DNA from: Phallusia mammillata
Lineage: Eukaryota
NCBI GenBank assembly: GCA_965637545.1
Contig: OZ281495.1
Location: 22,196,001-22,260,000 of the forward strand
Length of the DNA: 64,000 nucleotides
Direction: 5' to 3'
Part shown: positions 21,618 to 35,833 of the stretch, piece after piece
Position numbering within the stretch: position 1 is the stretch's first letter
How the letters are laid out: every line of letters starts with the position of its first letter
Notes under the pieces: model-generated
Database searches by the model: none
What the model saw: only the letters and a program-made list of their open reading frames with translations
What the model was told of the DNA's origin: nothing
Translations under genes and position numbers: made by a program

Positions 21618-22806
21618 GCCTAGACCAAGCAAGCGAACAAATTACCTGATAACTTATTATATGTTATGACAACGAAAATGATGCTTTCACTAAAATAATT
21701 TTGCCTTTCATAAATAAATCAAACCGTAGAGACGCCACTTGTTTGAAATCGTAAATGTGAAATTGAAAAATGGTAAAGTGAATATTTTGGTTAAAACACA
21801 CTTTGTAGGAGCTAATGTTGAATTTTGTTGACGATATGTCGTTTGATTGGTTATTTTTTATTACCGTCAACAGTATCTCTGCGGTCATAATATTTAAGTG
21901 TTATAACAACGTTGGCATGCGACCCACAACAAAGAGTTTTTCTTGTTGCGGCCCTAGTACCGTTTTGAGTTGTGCAGGCCTGCTGTACGGGATTTATCGT
22001 AGTGCGCACGCTTCAACCATCGCTGTTGTTGGTTGTCAACTAAAAATGACAGCAGTGAACGTTTGTACTGCGATGCATTATGAATACAAGCTTTCTGACA
22101 GATGCGTTTATCGTTCAAAAACACATTATGTTTATCTTTCAAACGTAAAGGGAGTTGTTTGCATTGATAAAAGTTATATTTTTTGTTTTAGGCTTTCAAC
22201 GAAAGGTGCTTGAGAGCGCACCAATGAAGATAACACCGGAAAGAATATCATTCAAATGCTTAATTCTCGCTGCTTGCTGTAAAAAGGCATGTAACAATTG
22301 GCTGGATTAGGTCTTAAAATATTAACCAAAAATTAAGTTGCTGTTTTTTATTACGCTCCCAATACATCTAAATTGCTCTTCTCGCTTCGTCACCGACACC
22401 TTCCGCAATAAAAAAAGTCGGTATTGGTAACCCTTCCAAACCTTTTCGTAACCATAGTTTTAATATCATTTGGAGTACACATTTTAGCTTTCAACCAATC
22501 ACAGGACACCTTGATTTTAAAGTGCATGATGTGCAGCTAAGTGGAATAAAGCTTATCAAAAATAACGCGTGCGTATTTTTGTGTGGCTAGTGTCAATACA
22601 GCGATACGAAGCAGTAGGCTATATGCCAATGTCATAAATCTTTTGAAATCCTTTGCAAGTCATGTTAGTCAGCGGTATGGTCACAGAAAACGAGAATTTT
22701 TGGAGAAACAGTACCAAGAGCTGATGGGACAAGCAGCCTGAATATTTTGGTATTTTTGAATAATAGCTGCAATCGGGAAAAACAATTCGCAAATTTATTA
22801 TTTTAG

Positions 22807-22904
22807 GTATTGCAACAAGGCAGAGTTGTCGAGTTTGACGCACCACATACACTATTGACAAAACGTAATCTGAAAGCAAAGCATTGCGCAGTGCAGCTGG
22901 ACAG
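22807..22904 (+). pseudogene. Orphan, internally deleted copy of ABCC4 exon 29 plus downstream flank resembling copy A
   Basis: ttttag|GTATTGCAACAAGGCAGAGTTGTCGAGTTTGACGCACC ([17 protein letters not shown]), then a ~37-bp deletion, then ...GCAGCTGGACAG|gtatg. Sequence to ~23110 resembles 3707-3960. No upstream exons are present. Confidence 0.85.
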
Positions 22905-23216
22905 GTATGCTGTAGGAATAACCTTCCTGAGGTAAAGTTTTTACTGCTGAGTCATGTGTTAAAAGCTTGTTATACCCCATCGTTGTACAGTTTTGTTTCA
23001 TGCGCATTAATACAGAAAAATTTCTGCCATGTCAGAATTGAGTTGAATTACGTTTCAAAGTAAGCATGAAAATGTTTAATTTGCTCAAAATTTCTACAAA
23101 TGTAGTTGAAGTCTAGTCATAACCCAAATATTGGAGTAATTTTTTAACGAGCAACAACCAGGTGCTTAATTCATTCATCGAGAAACGGAAGATTGCGATC
23201 AACGATTCGACTAAAG

Positions 23217-23716
23217 CAGGGGTTCCCAACCTTTTTTCGATCTCGTACCACTTCGACGCTTTGTACTGCCACGCGTACCACTTCTTGCAGAACAACTTAT
23301 TTGATCGAATCATATTTTATTAAGAATAATAATATTGGCCTACTAAAATAACACTAAAGCAAATTTAATGATATTTTTGCTTTTGTTTACTGTCCACCAA
23401 TTGGCTGAGCAATCATTTGCCGTAATCAACGCCCACTGTCCCACAGCGTTGTACGGCTTTTCAAAGCAACTGTGCTTCTTGTTGGCAATTGACATGACCT
23501 GTAGTTTGTAGATCGCAATGATACGAAACAACAGAAATAGTTACGTAACAATAAGAAGAGGCTTGGGGAAATTTTTTTGTAAACAAAACCAGATAAACAA
23601 AATAGAAAGTTGTGAATCCAAATTTTTGTGAAAAAAAAGCGAAAGCTACTCGCGTACCACTTAAAAAACCTTCGCGTACCACTAGTGGTACGCGTACCAC
23701 CGGTTGGGAACCCCTG
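23217..23716. mobile_element. hAT MITE
   Basis: TIR CAGGGGTTCCCAACC / GGTTGGGAACCCCTG; TSD GACTAAAG; CGCGTACCA subterminal repeats. Confidence 0.92.
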
Positions 23717-24332
23717 GACTAAAGAGTACAACGATTTCGCTGACGATAACCTCTAAACATGTCTCATCTTCATACTATGTTTTATAATTATAGGCTTCAT
23801 AATAATTGCTTTTGACTCGTTGTTTGCATCCTATCGAACATATTTAGACATAAACAAAGCCAGTTGTGTAAAGGGTAATTATGTAAACGCCACAATCACC
23901 ATGGTTACGAGATGCTGCGAGAGTGCGAACGGTGCGGAAAGTGCTTTGGTGGGCAGCAGGTATTGCGGTCGGATCCCAAGTATTACCCGAGAGACCTTTG
24001 TGAATCGATGACAACCGGAAAGGGGGCTAGAATTTGTAAAACACTTTAATTAACAGCATTTTGTTGTTGTTTATATCTGAAAGTACTGTACGCGTGCAAT
24101 TTTAAATGAATTATAGCAGAAGTGGTGTTGCAAGTTCAGTGTTGTGCTCTCTGACAGAGAGTTCTAAGCGGGCCTGAAATTGAGACCTGAACCTAAAGTT
24201 ACAAGCCAAAAACCCAGCCGAAAGAGACGAGTTGTGCGTCCGTGAACATGTTTATTAAATTATATGTACTGGAGGCCGTAACGTAAATAAAACTCTTTTG
24301 CCACATATTTTGATTTTTAAATTGCTCTAAAC

Positions 24333-25507
24333 TAGGGTTGCCATATTTTATGATACACAATCCCTGACAAAATTTATCTCGGTTGCGTTAACCCAGTTTT
24401 TCTCAAACTTTAAGTCTGAATGTGTTAACGTAAGTCTGAATGTGTATTTCAGTAAAACAAAAGTTGATTGCAGGATTTTAGCTAGATCCAAATCTGACAT
24501 CACAGACAAAAAACAACATTACAATTGTGCGCGAACAATTGCATTTTTGATAGTTGTCATGCAATAAAGCCTATTGTTTAGCAATGGAGACGGTCGATTC
24601 TCACTTTCACTTTGATTTAAACTTATTCAGTTGCACAAACTGACGCCAAATAAGAATGTAGAATTACATCCACCTTTTGGAGGTCCCTGCAAAATGGACC
24701 GCGGACCCCAGTTTGAGAACCGCTGCGATAACCATTTTTGCGATCCAAACACTTCTCTATTCCGGAATTAATTTAAGTCACACGGACGGCGACACGAGAA
24801 ACCGTTACATACGATACTCTGATCCTTGTCAATTAACTTTCTGCGTAGGCTTTTGTTTAGTTAAGTTTATTAGGCTAAGCTCAGTACTCTTTACTCTTAC
24901 TATCCTTGAAACAGTAAGCACAAATATCAGGGGTCGCCAACTTTTACAACTCTAAAACCATTCGGACCAATCTCACACAGAACAAAAAACACTAGGAGTC
25001 ACAAAGACCTTTTTAAATTTGAAATAAAATGCCACTGTAAACATGTTTTTATGTCTCTCGAGATTTGACTTTTCGTTGTTAGTTAGTTCCTAGCATATTA
25101 GATACACAGTTGAAGCAAATGAAATTTTCCATGTTCCCATGTAGCATCGAATGCTGTGTTTTCTTGAGACGCGGATTTTTATGTGTATTTAACGCGTATT
25201 GAGTTAGACAACTACAACTAGCAACAAACAAACAGGTATTGTTACGCGCGAACACACTGCAAAACCAAACAGTATAACCTTGTATGTTAACCTCGGCGCC
25301 GCCAATTTACCTCTTTACGTTTCATGGTATAGACGCGGTTGTAGCTAACTACTAGAAACTTTCTCCGTTGGTACATTAATTTCATAGTATATATATTTTT
25401 TCTTAAATTCCTGACTTTTAAGTACATTTTAACATTTCTCCCTGACGCAGATTTAAACACTAAATTCCCTGACATGTCAGGAAAAATCGTGACGTATGGC
25501 AACCCTA
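24333..25507. mobile_element. hAT non-autonomous element carrying fragments of other MITEs, itself inserted in a GCACAACC-family element (remnant ends at 25859)
   Basis: TIR TAGGGTTGCCATA / TATGGCAACCCTA; TSD CTCTAAAC (24325-24332, 25508-25515). Internal MITE ends at ~24710-24725 and 24928. The flanks align with the interior of 21150-21538. Confidence 0.8.
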
Positions 25508-28500
25508 CTCTAAACAGTTGTTTTTGAGATACTAAAATGAGTATTACCAGCCTAGAAGCCATATACGTCGGCCTTTTTATACGCCCATTGTGTGGAAACA
25601 ATGCCAACAAAACAGATGCTTCCAACATCACAATGTAGACTATGACATCACAAACACTTAAGACTGTGCAGTTCACTCTGTGGACCAAGTTAGAAATTAA
25701 TCTGGGCTTTTAGGGCGTGATTACATGGTGTATATATATGATATAAACTAATTTCCTTAAATCAGTAATTTTAAAACAAAAATAAGCAGGTAAATGGCGG
25801 CCGTTAGTGAAAAAAGAATCCGCGATGCGGCCGTCGTAGGAAAAAGGTTGTGCACCCCTGGGTTAGGCATATGACCAAGTTTTTGCACGTTACCCTGTGT
25901 TATAGTTGCAACAACGGTCTTTGTGACAATGATTTGGCAACACTGATAATTCAAATTGTTTAGTTGGCAAATTTTTTAATTTTTTTCGGCCAGACCGTTA
26001 ATCCGGCACTGTTTGTAGGCAACGGATGTTCAGCTAACTTACATCGACAATTGCAGTTGTTTGAAACCGGTAATGTGCCTTTCTTTTTCGCCTCGCTTGA
26101 CTACGTTGATTCGTCATTGTGTTTTCAGCAGTTTTCGTTTAAAAAAGGTTCCTCAAAAGTAAAAATCTTTCACAAATGACTGGCACTAACATGCAAATGT
26201 ACAAAAGGGAAAATTTCAAAAGTTTATTGCACATGCTTTGTCAAACGCAATAGCTTTTAGTGAAGATTTAATCCAATCATTTCTTCTGTGAACAGTTGAT
26301 TATAAGTGTTTAGTTGCAATCAAACCAAGAAACATTTGTACAGGGCGCTCTATGCAGGCCAGGCTGAAACTAGGAAAATTTCGTTAAAAACTTAACAAAG
26401 CACATCTTAATTAATGAAAGCGTTTGGAAGCAATATAATCATCCGATTGTTTCATTGTCGGTTTGGTCTGTGGTTCAAATACAGACAAAATGTAAATTGG
26501 TGCTTATATGACTGTTCGGTACAAACGAAACTATATTTCGATTTCGCAATTTTTGACTGTGCAAGTTTAGTTTTGAATTGGCAATCATTGGTGTTGGTTT
26601 ATTAGACCGTGACGAGCTCGCAAACGTCGTGAGATAGTGCATAGCTTCGATATGATTTCCGAAGACAAGAAAGGGAAGGTGCCGTTAAAAAGAAACAACG
26701 TTTTCACCTTCTTACTGTTCTGGTAATACACAGTAAATAATATTTTTACTCGCCAAAGTGTAAAATCATCTATCTGGCTGTTTTTTTGTGTCTTGTGAAA
26801 TGTAATCTGTTAATATGAACAAGTTTATATTGCCTTGTAGCATGAAAAACCTCGATTTGTTTGGGGGGCACACACTGTATTAACTATAAACCTTTTGGCA
26901 CTTCCTTTTATCCATTACACTTCTAGTCAACCATTTACGTTGTTATGAGACATTTCATTTTATTACGAAATGTTTAAGGTGGATGAACGACCTCTACCAT
27001 CGGGGTTCCAAGAAAATCCTAAAACAGGAAGAGCTTTTTGCATTGGAAGAGGGCAGCACATCTTTGATACTCTGCGATCGACTCGAAACGTGAAACTACT
27101 GAATAAATTTATTTTTATTCAAAATTTGTACAATACATCTCACAATTCACCTATTGTAGAAACTGGAAGTTGATGGTGGAAAATGCCAGGTGTACCGGAA
27201 AACGACCAAGTCTTCTTAAAGCGGTTCAAAAAACCTTTGGGTTCCGTTGGTGTCTTTATGCTTTACTCGCATTGGTTAAGGTAACTAATCAAAATACTGT
27301 TAACTGAGAAAGGATAGTTTCCATCTTTTACCAAACTGTTTTATACAGGAGCTAATTTCACTTGCAATCCCAGTTATGATCGCTGGTTTTCTACGTTTTT
27401 TCGAAAACCGTTCTTCATTAAGTGAGGCCTATCTATTTGCGTCCGGTATAACTGTCACATCTGCTATCGTGGCTTTGTTACAACAATGGTGTTTTTACTT
27501 GAGTGAAGTAATGGGATGGCATCTTCGGGCGGCTACGTGCGCCCTTATGTACAAGAAGGTAAGGCTATTAAAAATCAAGCAAGGAATTTTGTTTTAAATG
27601 TTTCCAATAAGTGTTATGCATCCACTCAATTTGACCAACCAAATTTCGCCGTTTGCTTCTTCAGAAAAATTCAAAATTTCACTGACATGTTGTTCTATAC
27701 GTAATCTTGCTTTTTTTCCAGGTGCTCCAATTCCCGTATTTTAACTCGACAGCCATTTCCTGATTCTGTGTTACTGCTTTCTAGTGCAAAATGGTTTTTA
27801 TGTGGAACCTTAAGATAGTACAATGCAATAATAATAGATTACTTTTCGCAGACAATCCGATTGAGCCAAAAATCTCTGGCTACTACCGCCACTGGAGAAA
27901 TTATTAACTTGGGTGCAACTGATGTCCTACGATTTGACTTCGTAAATCAATGGTTCGTATAATAGTCAGTGTGTTTTACGCAAATTGCCATTTGTTTCAG
28001 CTCCCAAAGTATGCATTGTATATCTTCGTCGGACCAATTGTATCTATTGTGTTTGTGATCCTTTTGTGGCAAGTTGTGGGAGTTTCTTCTTTGGCTGGAT
28101 TTCTCGTCATCGTCATAGGGTTTGTAGGTTACAGCCTCACTGGGCTTTGTTTTGGAAAATTTAGGTTTGTAGTTCAGTTATTAAAAATACTCTTCAACTG
28201 AGACATACATAATATGCTTAATTTGCAGGTACAAAACCGCTCGACGCACCGACAAAAGGGTCCGCATGATGAATGAAATCGTGTCAGCAATGCGGGTTGT
28301 GAAGATGTACGCTTGGGAAAAGCCATACCCAAGTCTGATTGAAAAAATGCGAAGGTTAGGGTAATGTTTATATCTGGAGATACTTTATTAGTGACTCAAA
28401 CATAAATTTGTGTTGTAGCTCTGAAATAGATAAATTGCTCCAATCATCATATTTCCGAGCTTTGAGTTTGGCATGTTCGTACGTTGCAAACAAAGTCATG

Positions 28501-29507
28501 ATATTCGCAGTTTTTGTTGTCTATGTCTCCTTGGGCGGTCGACTTGTTTCATCGCAGGTATGTCCAAAAAGGTTGTGCACAAATATAAAAAAAAGTCACA
28601 ATAGAACTGTTATTGTTATTAGGTATTCGCCGCTGTGGCCTGGATTAACTTGATAAAATTCTCGACGGCAACAATTTTCAGCTTGGGTATCGAATACATA
28701 GCTGAATCTATGGTTAGCATAAGACGCATAGAGGTAACTGTTGCTGGCAATTTATGACCTACAGAATATAAAAAAATAACAATAAATCGTTTTTTTCAGT
28801 CATTTCTTTTACTTGAAGAAAATGCTACAAAAACTACAAAAAAATCGAATTTGGATGAAATTAAGAAAAACGCTAACAGTAACTCAGCAAGCATTGTTTT
28901 TGAGGAGTTTACGGCTGCCTGGAATGACGTTAATCTCGCGTATGTTACAGAAGTAAGTTGTTGTAACTGCACAAATTTAAGTTGTTGTTGTAACTAACAC
29001 CGCAATTTTTGCAGAGTGGAGACGCAACACAAACAAAGACGTTAGAAAATATCAACTTACAAGTGGATGACAGAAAACTGCTGGCTGTTATTGGCCCGGT
29101 GGGCAGCGGAAAGGTTTGTACAATACGTAATAAAAACAGAATTCAAAAGCATCAAATTCATAACGCACGTGCAGTCTTCACTTCTCAGTGCAATCTTAAG
29201 CGAACTTCCTGCCAAGCTGGGTTGCGTGAAAGTTCAAGGTCGAATTGCTTATGTTGGTCAAATTCCTTGGGTTTACTCCGGGTCAATCAAAGATAACATT
29301 CTGTTTGGTGAAAAGTACGAACCAGAGCGTTTTCAGGCAGTTGTTGAGGCCTGCGCTTTGACAAAGGTTGGTATAATGCATTGTTTTTAAAGACTACATA
29401 ATTTATTGCTTAAAAAAGCTCTGTTTACAAAAAGTTATTCGGTACAACTTGGTAATTTCGGTGTTTAATTTGCATTCGTTTTTATAGCTTACGTGACTTG
29501 CTTTTAG

Positions 29508-29780
<273 letters not shown>

Positions 29781-30313
29781 TAAATAAATGGTAAAATATA
29801 CGATGCTCATTCTTCGCAGATCAGGGTTCTCGTTACGCATCAGTTGCCTTTTCTAAAACACGCTGACTCAATACTCATACTAAAAGAGGTATAACCGTTA
29901 TTTCCTTTGAATTGTTTAAACTGTATGTATGTGGTTGCATGAACTATTTGCGTTTAGGGCTCCATTTCACATTCGGGAACTTACGAAGAGCTTCTTGCCG
30001 ATGGAACAGACTTCGCATGGTTGCTAAAGCGTGGCGACGACAAAACAACAAAACCCGTCGGGGCCCAACGTAAGGTTAAGACCAGTGTTTCGCAAAATCG
30101 CCAAAAAACTTGTTTGGGTCGCCTATCTTTGTAACAAAGGCACGTCTGGTTTTTAACTATTTTTCGTAGCATTTTTAATTTCCACAACTATAAACTGTTG
30201 CTTAATATTGATTTCGTAACAACGTGTTGTAACCTGATAAGCGTTTTGTTTGTAACGTAACTTGGCAGATCACCTCTGACTGGCTGATAAAATGCATCGA
30301 ACTCGCTCTACAG

Positions 30314-30668
30314 CAGTGGTTCTCAACCAGGGCCCAGGGCCCCCAGGGTGGGCACGAGCTGGGTTTCGGGGGGCCACGAGTGTATATTAACCAGAAGCAT
30401 CCACTAAAAGCCATTTTGTTTTTACCTTTATTCCCTAATTTAATCGACTATGTCACATACTATTTGTCTATATTGAGGTTTTTCACGACTACGGATTCTT
30501 AATTGTTTACTCTTTTCGATCTTTTTAAAGCCGGAATTAGTACCGAATTTCAACACGAGATTTACATTTTTAAGGGGGCCACAGGTCCTACAGAGTTACT
30601 TAAATGAGGCCACGAGGCCCCTAAGCTACTTTTAGGGGGCACGGTCCACGAATAGTTGAGAATCACTG
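30314..30668. mobile_element. hAT MITE in ABCC4-C intron 15
   Basis: TIR CAGTG(G/A)TTCTCAAC; TSD CTCTACAG; GGGCCAC subterminal motifs. Confidence 0.9.
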
Positions 30669-33600
30669 CTCTACAGTTTGAGCTTAATGGAAATGTTTGA
30701 GTTTCCTACGTATATTTCGGCCGTTATATTCGTTAAATTTCCAATCTGTCCCAACTATTTTCATGAGACCCAATGTTTTGAAATGCTTTCCTGCTTGCGG
30801 GTAATAGTGCAACTAAAATATATATGGGTCGTTAGACTCGTTACAAACCACAAGATTGGTTTTTTTGATACTTGGGTTACGTCAAAAAAAGTGTTGGAAC
30901 CGCTGGTTTAGATTGCTTACGTAACATGAAACGATGCGTTTAAATTAGCTGTATTTACCGAAATGGCATACGTTTGTTCTCGCATATTTGTATTATTTTT
31001 TTACTCATCATAGCTCCCAAAATATTTTTGTGAAACTTTACTCAGAAATTTACTTGTCAAAGAATTCACACATTTTAAAAATACTAATAAGATTGTGCAC
31101 AATCTGAAAATTGCCCCCAGTATAGGACAATCACAAAAACATTTGTATTTCCTTTCTTTATAGTATAATATTGGTGTTAGCTAATAGGTCAATTTACAGA
31201 AGAAATACTAAAGTTGATACACTACTTGGAATAGTTTAGTGTTTGTGTTCGAAGATTCACTCCAATTGGCATAATGATTACACTTACAACCTTAAATATG
31301 TTGTGGCAGACCGCTGCTTTAAACGTGATCGTGTGTGTTACCAGCCAAGTTTTGTGCAGTCAATAATTTGAAAAGACAGTTAATTTCAAACAAGTAAAGC
31401 GTATATTTGCAGGCCAAATGTCGTTGAAAACCTTCGTATTTTCAGGCCAAGTGTCGTTGAAAACCTCCGATCATCTATTGGTCGAACACAACAAGGAAAA
31501 TGGCGCAAACAATCAGGTATGGTAGTAATATGGTTGTTGGTAATTGTAAATAAGTCATTTTACCAATCTATTTCGTTCAACTTTATTTTCATCATTAACA
31601 CTTTAACTTGACAGTGCTTCTTTATATTAGGCTGAATTTGTTGCTGATGTCAGGGAAGAAGAACTAAAGGCACAAGGAAGTATTGGTTGGAGGTCTTACG
31701 CGGATTATCTAATAAACAACAAGTTTACATTTTTTCTTGTGGTCATACTTTTAATAATCAACCAAACTTTGTATGTTCTGATTGATTGGTGGATTTCCCA
31801 ATGGTAATGTGAATTAGTTTACAACCTGTTCAATTGTTACCTTTCATTCTCCTTTCATTGCAAGGTCGTCTGCCTTTGAAAGTGTCGAAATGAACTCCAT
31901 GCATTTAGGAGAAAACGTTACGAACCCGGATGTCACCACTTCAGCCAACGTCGCCATAATTAATAATCAATTTTACATTCTGATCTTGACCTGTAAGTAC
32001 TTTGGTAAAAATTTCATTTAACGGCCAAGCAGCTGCAAGCGTTGGACCCATAACATATATTTGTTTAAACGACATCATTATATTTTTCTCCAGACATTCT
32101 TGTTGGCTTTATTGCCACTATATTTATGCGTTACGCTCTCCAAATGCATCATTTGCTTGTGTCAGGAAAAGTTATGCACGACAAAATGCTGCAATCATTA
32201 TTTGACGCTCCAATTCGTTTTTTTGATGTAAACCCTGTTGGTAAGCAACACAAATTCTGAATTTTAAAACGCCTGTTTACAATTGACAATTATTCTTGTA
32301 ACGCAGGACGTATTTTAAACCGTTTCTCCAAAGATTTGGGCCAAGTAGATGATATTTTGCCTCGATTCTGTTTGTTGTTTTCTGCTGTGCGTTCATTTGT
32401 TTAGTTTTCTTTTGGGTTGGACAACAAGTAATAGTCATATTTTTATCTAGTCGTTTGGAATTGTTTTCTCAATTCTGATCGTTGCAGTGGTTGTGAATTA
32501 CTTTGTCATTATTCCCATTTTACCACTTTTGATTTACTTTTTGTGGCTGCGACAATACTATACCAAGACATCACGTGACATAAAGCGTATGGAGGGAGCA
32601 AGTAAGTTAGTCATCTTTTTATGAATGTTGTTGTAAATACTAGGAAAAGATAGTTGAGATCAAATGTTGTTGTTTTTTAGTTCTTGCATTTAATGCTCGT
32701 GTGTAATTACAAAATGGGTGCAGATGGTTGAAAAATTATTGCTGTTATGTCAAATCAAACAAATTTCGGTACTGAATCTGATAAAAACAACATGATCGAG
32801 ACTGTATGCAGCTCGATCGTTTTAAACTTATATTTACACCCCAATTGTGTTCTAAAGGTAACACGATCCACACCCATTATTACTCGCAGGCAGAAGTCCA
32901 GTGTTTTCTCATCTAAAATCAACGCTTCACGGTTTGACGACAGTCCGGGCTTTCAAAATGCAAGATGAATTTGAAAGTGATTTTCATCAGTTACAAGACT
33001 GTCACAGCTGTAGGTATTTTTCGTTTCAGCATCCACAATAGATTTAAAAATTTATAGTTTTTTGGAACAGGTGCTTGGTACGCATTTCTGACCGGATCAA
33101 GGTGGTTTGGGTTGCGATTGGATTTAATTGGGGCTATGTTTATCGGGGCAGTGATGTTTTTGTCGCTGATTACTGTGACAGTAACAGATTTAAACGCAGG
33201 GCAGGTTGGACTTGCTGTATCATACGCTTTGCTTGTGGTCGACACCCTTCAGTGGACAGTGCGGACAAGCACAGAAATCGAAAATCAGGTGACCATCACA
33301 GTGCTCATAATTTACACTGCAATTAACAGTAATTAATTGATTGTTCGTTGAAAATAAATGGGTATTGTTTAATCTTGCAGGATTTTGTAAGTAAAATCAT
33401 ACAAATATCAATTTCAAACTCTCAGATGACGTCAGTTGAGCGAATTCAGCAGTACCACAATCTTCCACGCGAGGCGGCCCACTACATATCTCGAACCGAC
33501 AAAGACCTTTCTAACGATTGGCCTTCACGTGGAAAAATAGAGTTTTCTAACTTATCATTTGCACACTACAATGGAGGGCCTGATGTGTTGCACGAGATTT

Positions 33601-33913
33601 CGCTTGTAATCCTTCCGAGGGAAAAGGTTAGTTTTTAGTTCCATGTGTCGGTTTAGCCTATACTTGTAAAGTATTCGCGACAACCTAGTTGAAGGTTTTT
33701 AATGCACACATAACGCATTCGACATCTATGCACAATAATATTTGTTTCAGGTTGGAATTGTAGGAAGAACCGGGGCAGGAAAAAGTTCATTTATTTCGTG
33801 CTTGTTTCGTTTGAACGAGTTTACATCAGGAAAGCTGATGATTGACGACGTAGATGTTTCCAAAATAGGATTGACTGCTTTGCGTTCATCCATTTCCGTT
33901 ATACCTCAGGTAG

Positions 33914-34081
<168 letters not shown>

Positions 34082-34100
34082 TAAACATAATAAATTAGAT

Positions 34101-34614
34101 CAGGGGTCACCAAACTACGGCCCGCGGACCGGATCCGGCCCGCGAGGTCATTTCATTCGGCCCGCGAACACATTTTTGGTTTGCCAAATCGTATTGATAA
34201 CTTTGTAACATTCAAAAATTAATCTACTCCTTACGAAAGTTTTCCTGTCGCGATATGTAGAATTGATATTACCTATAGTTTCATAGAATTACAACGCCCA
34301 AGATTGATCCAAACCGGTTTGTTACGTCACAAACAAGACTATAAGTGTTAATAGTGCGCAAATAATTGCCTTATTTTGTTACTTGTGACGTAATCTACAA
34401 GCATTGCTCGTAAGATGAGACCAACTGTACAATTTAACAGTCGCATTGCCAGATTTTAAATAGGATTGTAGAAAGACCATCTCTTGGCCCCCTATAAAAA
34501 TCGCCTCGAGGGATAAGTTTGGAAAAACGGCGCTGGGGCGTGCAAACTATGCGGCCTGCGTGAATCATTATTAAACTTATCCGGCCCGAGGTAAAAAAAG
34601 TTTGGTGACCCCTG
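34101..34614. mobile_element. hAT MITE (CAGGGGTCACCAAAC family) in ABCC4-C intron 26
   Basis: Perfect TIR CAGGGGTCACCAAAC / GTTTGGTGACCCCTG; TSD AATTAGAT. Confidence 0.93.
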
Positions 34615-34914
34615 AATTAGATTAATGTAAGTAGACGGTATGCCAGTTTTTGCCAATCCCTTTCCATATAGTGAAGATTAAATAGTTTCAATTAGTTAAA
34701 TTTTGGAATTAAAACCAACAAACGAAGCACAATAACAAAGAAAGTTATATAGGTGCAAATGAAAGAAACCATCGAACAATTTCCTTCAAAACTTCAAATC
34801 GAGCTTGCTGAATCAGGATCGTCGACATCAGGTTTGTCCATATTTGTAATGCAAAAGTGTCGGAAAGAGTAAGTAAACTGCTATCACGTATATCCAAACT
34901 ACATGTATGTATGA

Positions 34915-35085
<171 letters not shown>

Positions 35086-35616
35086 TAGGTTTTGCAACAA
35101 GGCAGGGTGGTCGAGTTTGACGCACCACATACACTATTGGGAAATCGTGACAGCGTGTTCAGTAATATGGTGGAAGCATTTGGGGAATCTGAAAGCAAAA
35201 TATTGCGTATTGGAGCTAAACAGGTACAGCAGGCCCAAACAGAGTAACAGCTTTTGACATGCCTTTTTTAATTTACTTGACCAGTGCTATGCTCCCTTGT
35301 TTGTTAGTAAACACTACGGTAGTTATTTCACTATTTGATGCCCGATGTAATTGCGTAAAAAGAGTAAATTGATGTGGACAGTGCAAGTCTCTTGACCAAG
35401 CAAGCGAACAAATTGTCCGATAACTTATTATATGACATCAAAAATGATGCTTTCACTGAAGAATTTTTCCATCCAAATTCAATCAAACGGTACACGCTCC
35501 AATTGTTTGAAATCGTAAATGTGGAATTGAAAAATGGTAAAATATTTTAGTTAAAATACACTTTGTAGGAACTAATCCGAAGACAAAAAAAGATAATTTG
35601 GAACACTGCATGGTAC

Positions 35617-35833
35617 CACATACGTACATGCGGACTTAAACTCTATAGTACGTACATGCGGACTACATACGTACATGCGGACTTAAACTCTACAGTACGT
35701 ACCTGCGGACTACATACGTACATGCGGACTTAAACTCTATAGTACGTACATGCGGACTACATACGTACATGCGGACTTAAACTCTACAGTACGTACATGC
35801 GGACTACATACGTACATGCGGACTTAAACTCTA
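35617..35833. repeat. 47-bp minisatellite, ~4.6 copies
   Basis: Unit TACATACGTACATGCGGACTTAAACTCTA(T/C)AGTACGTACATGCGGAC, with an internal 15-bp direct repeat. Confidence 0.9.
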
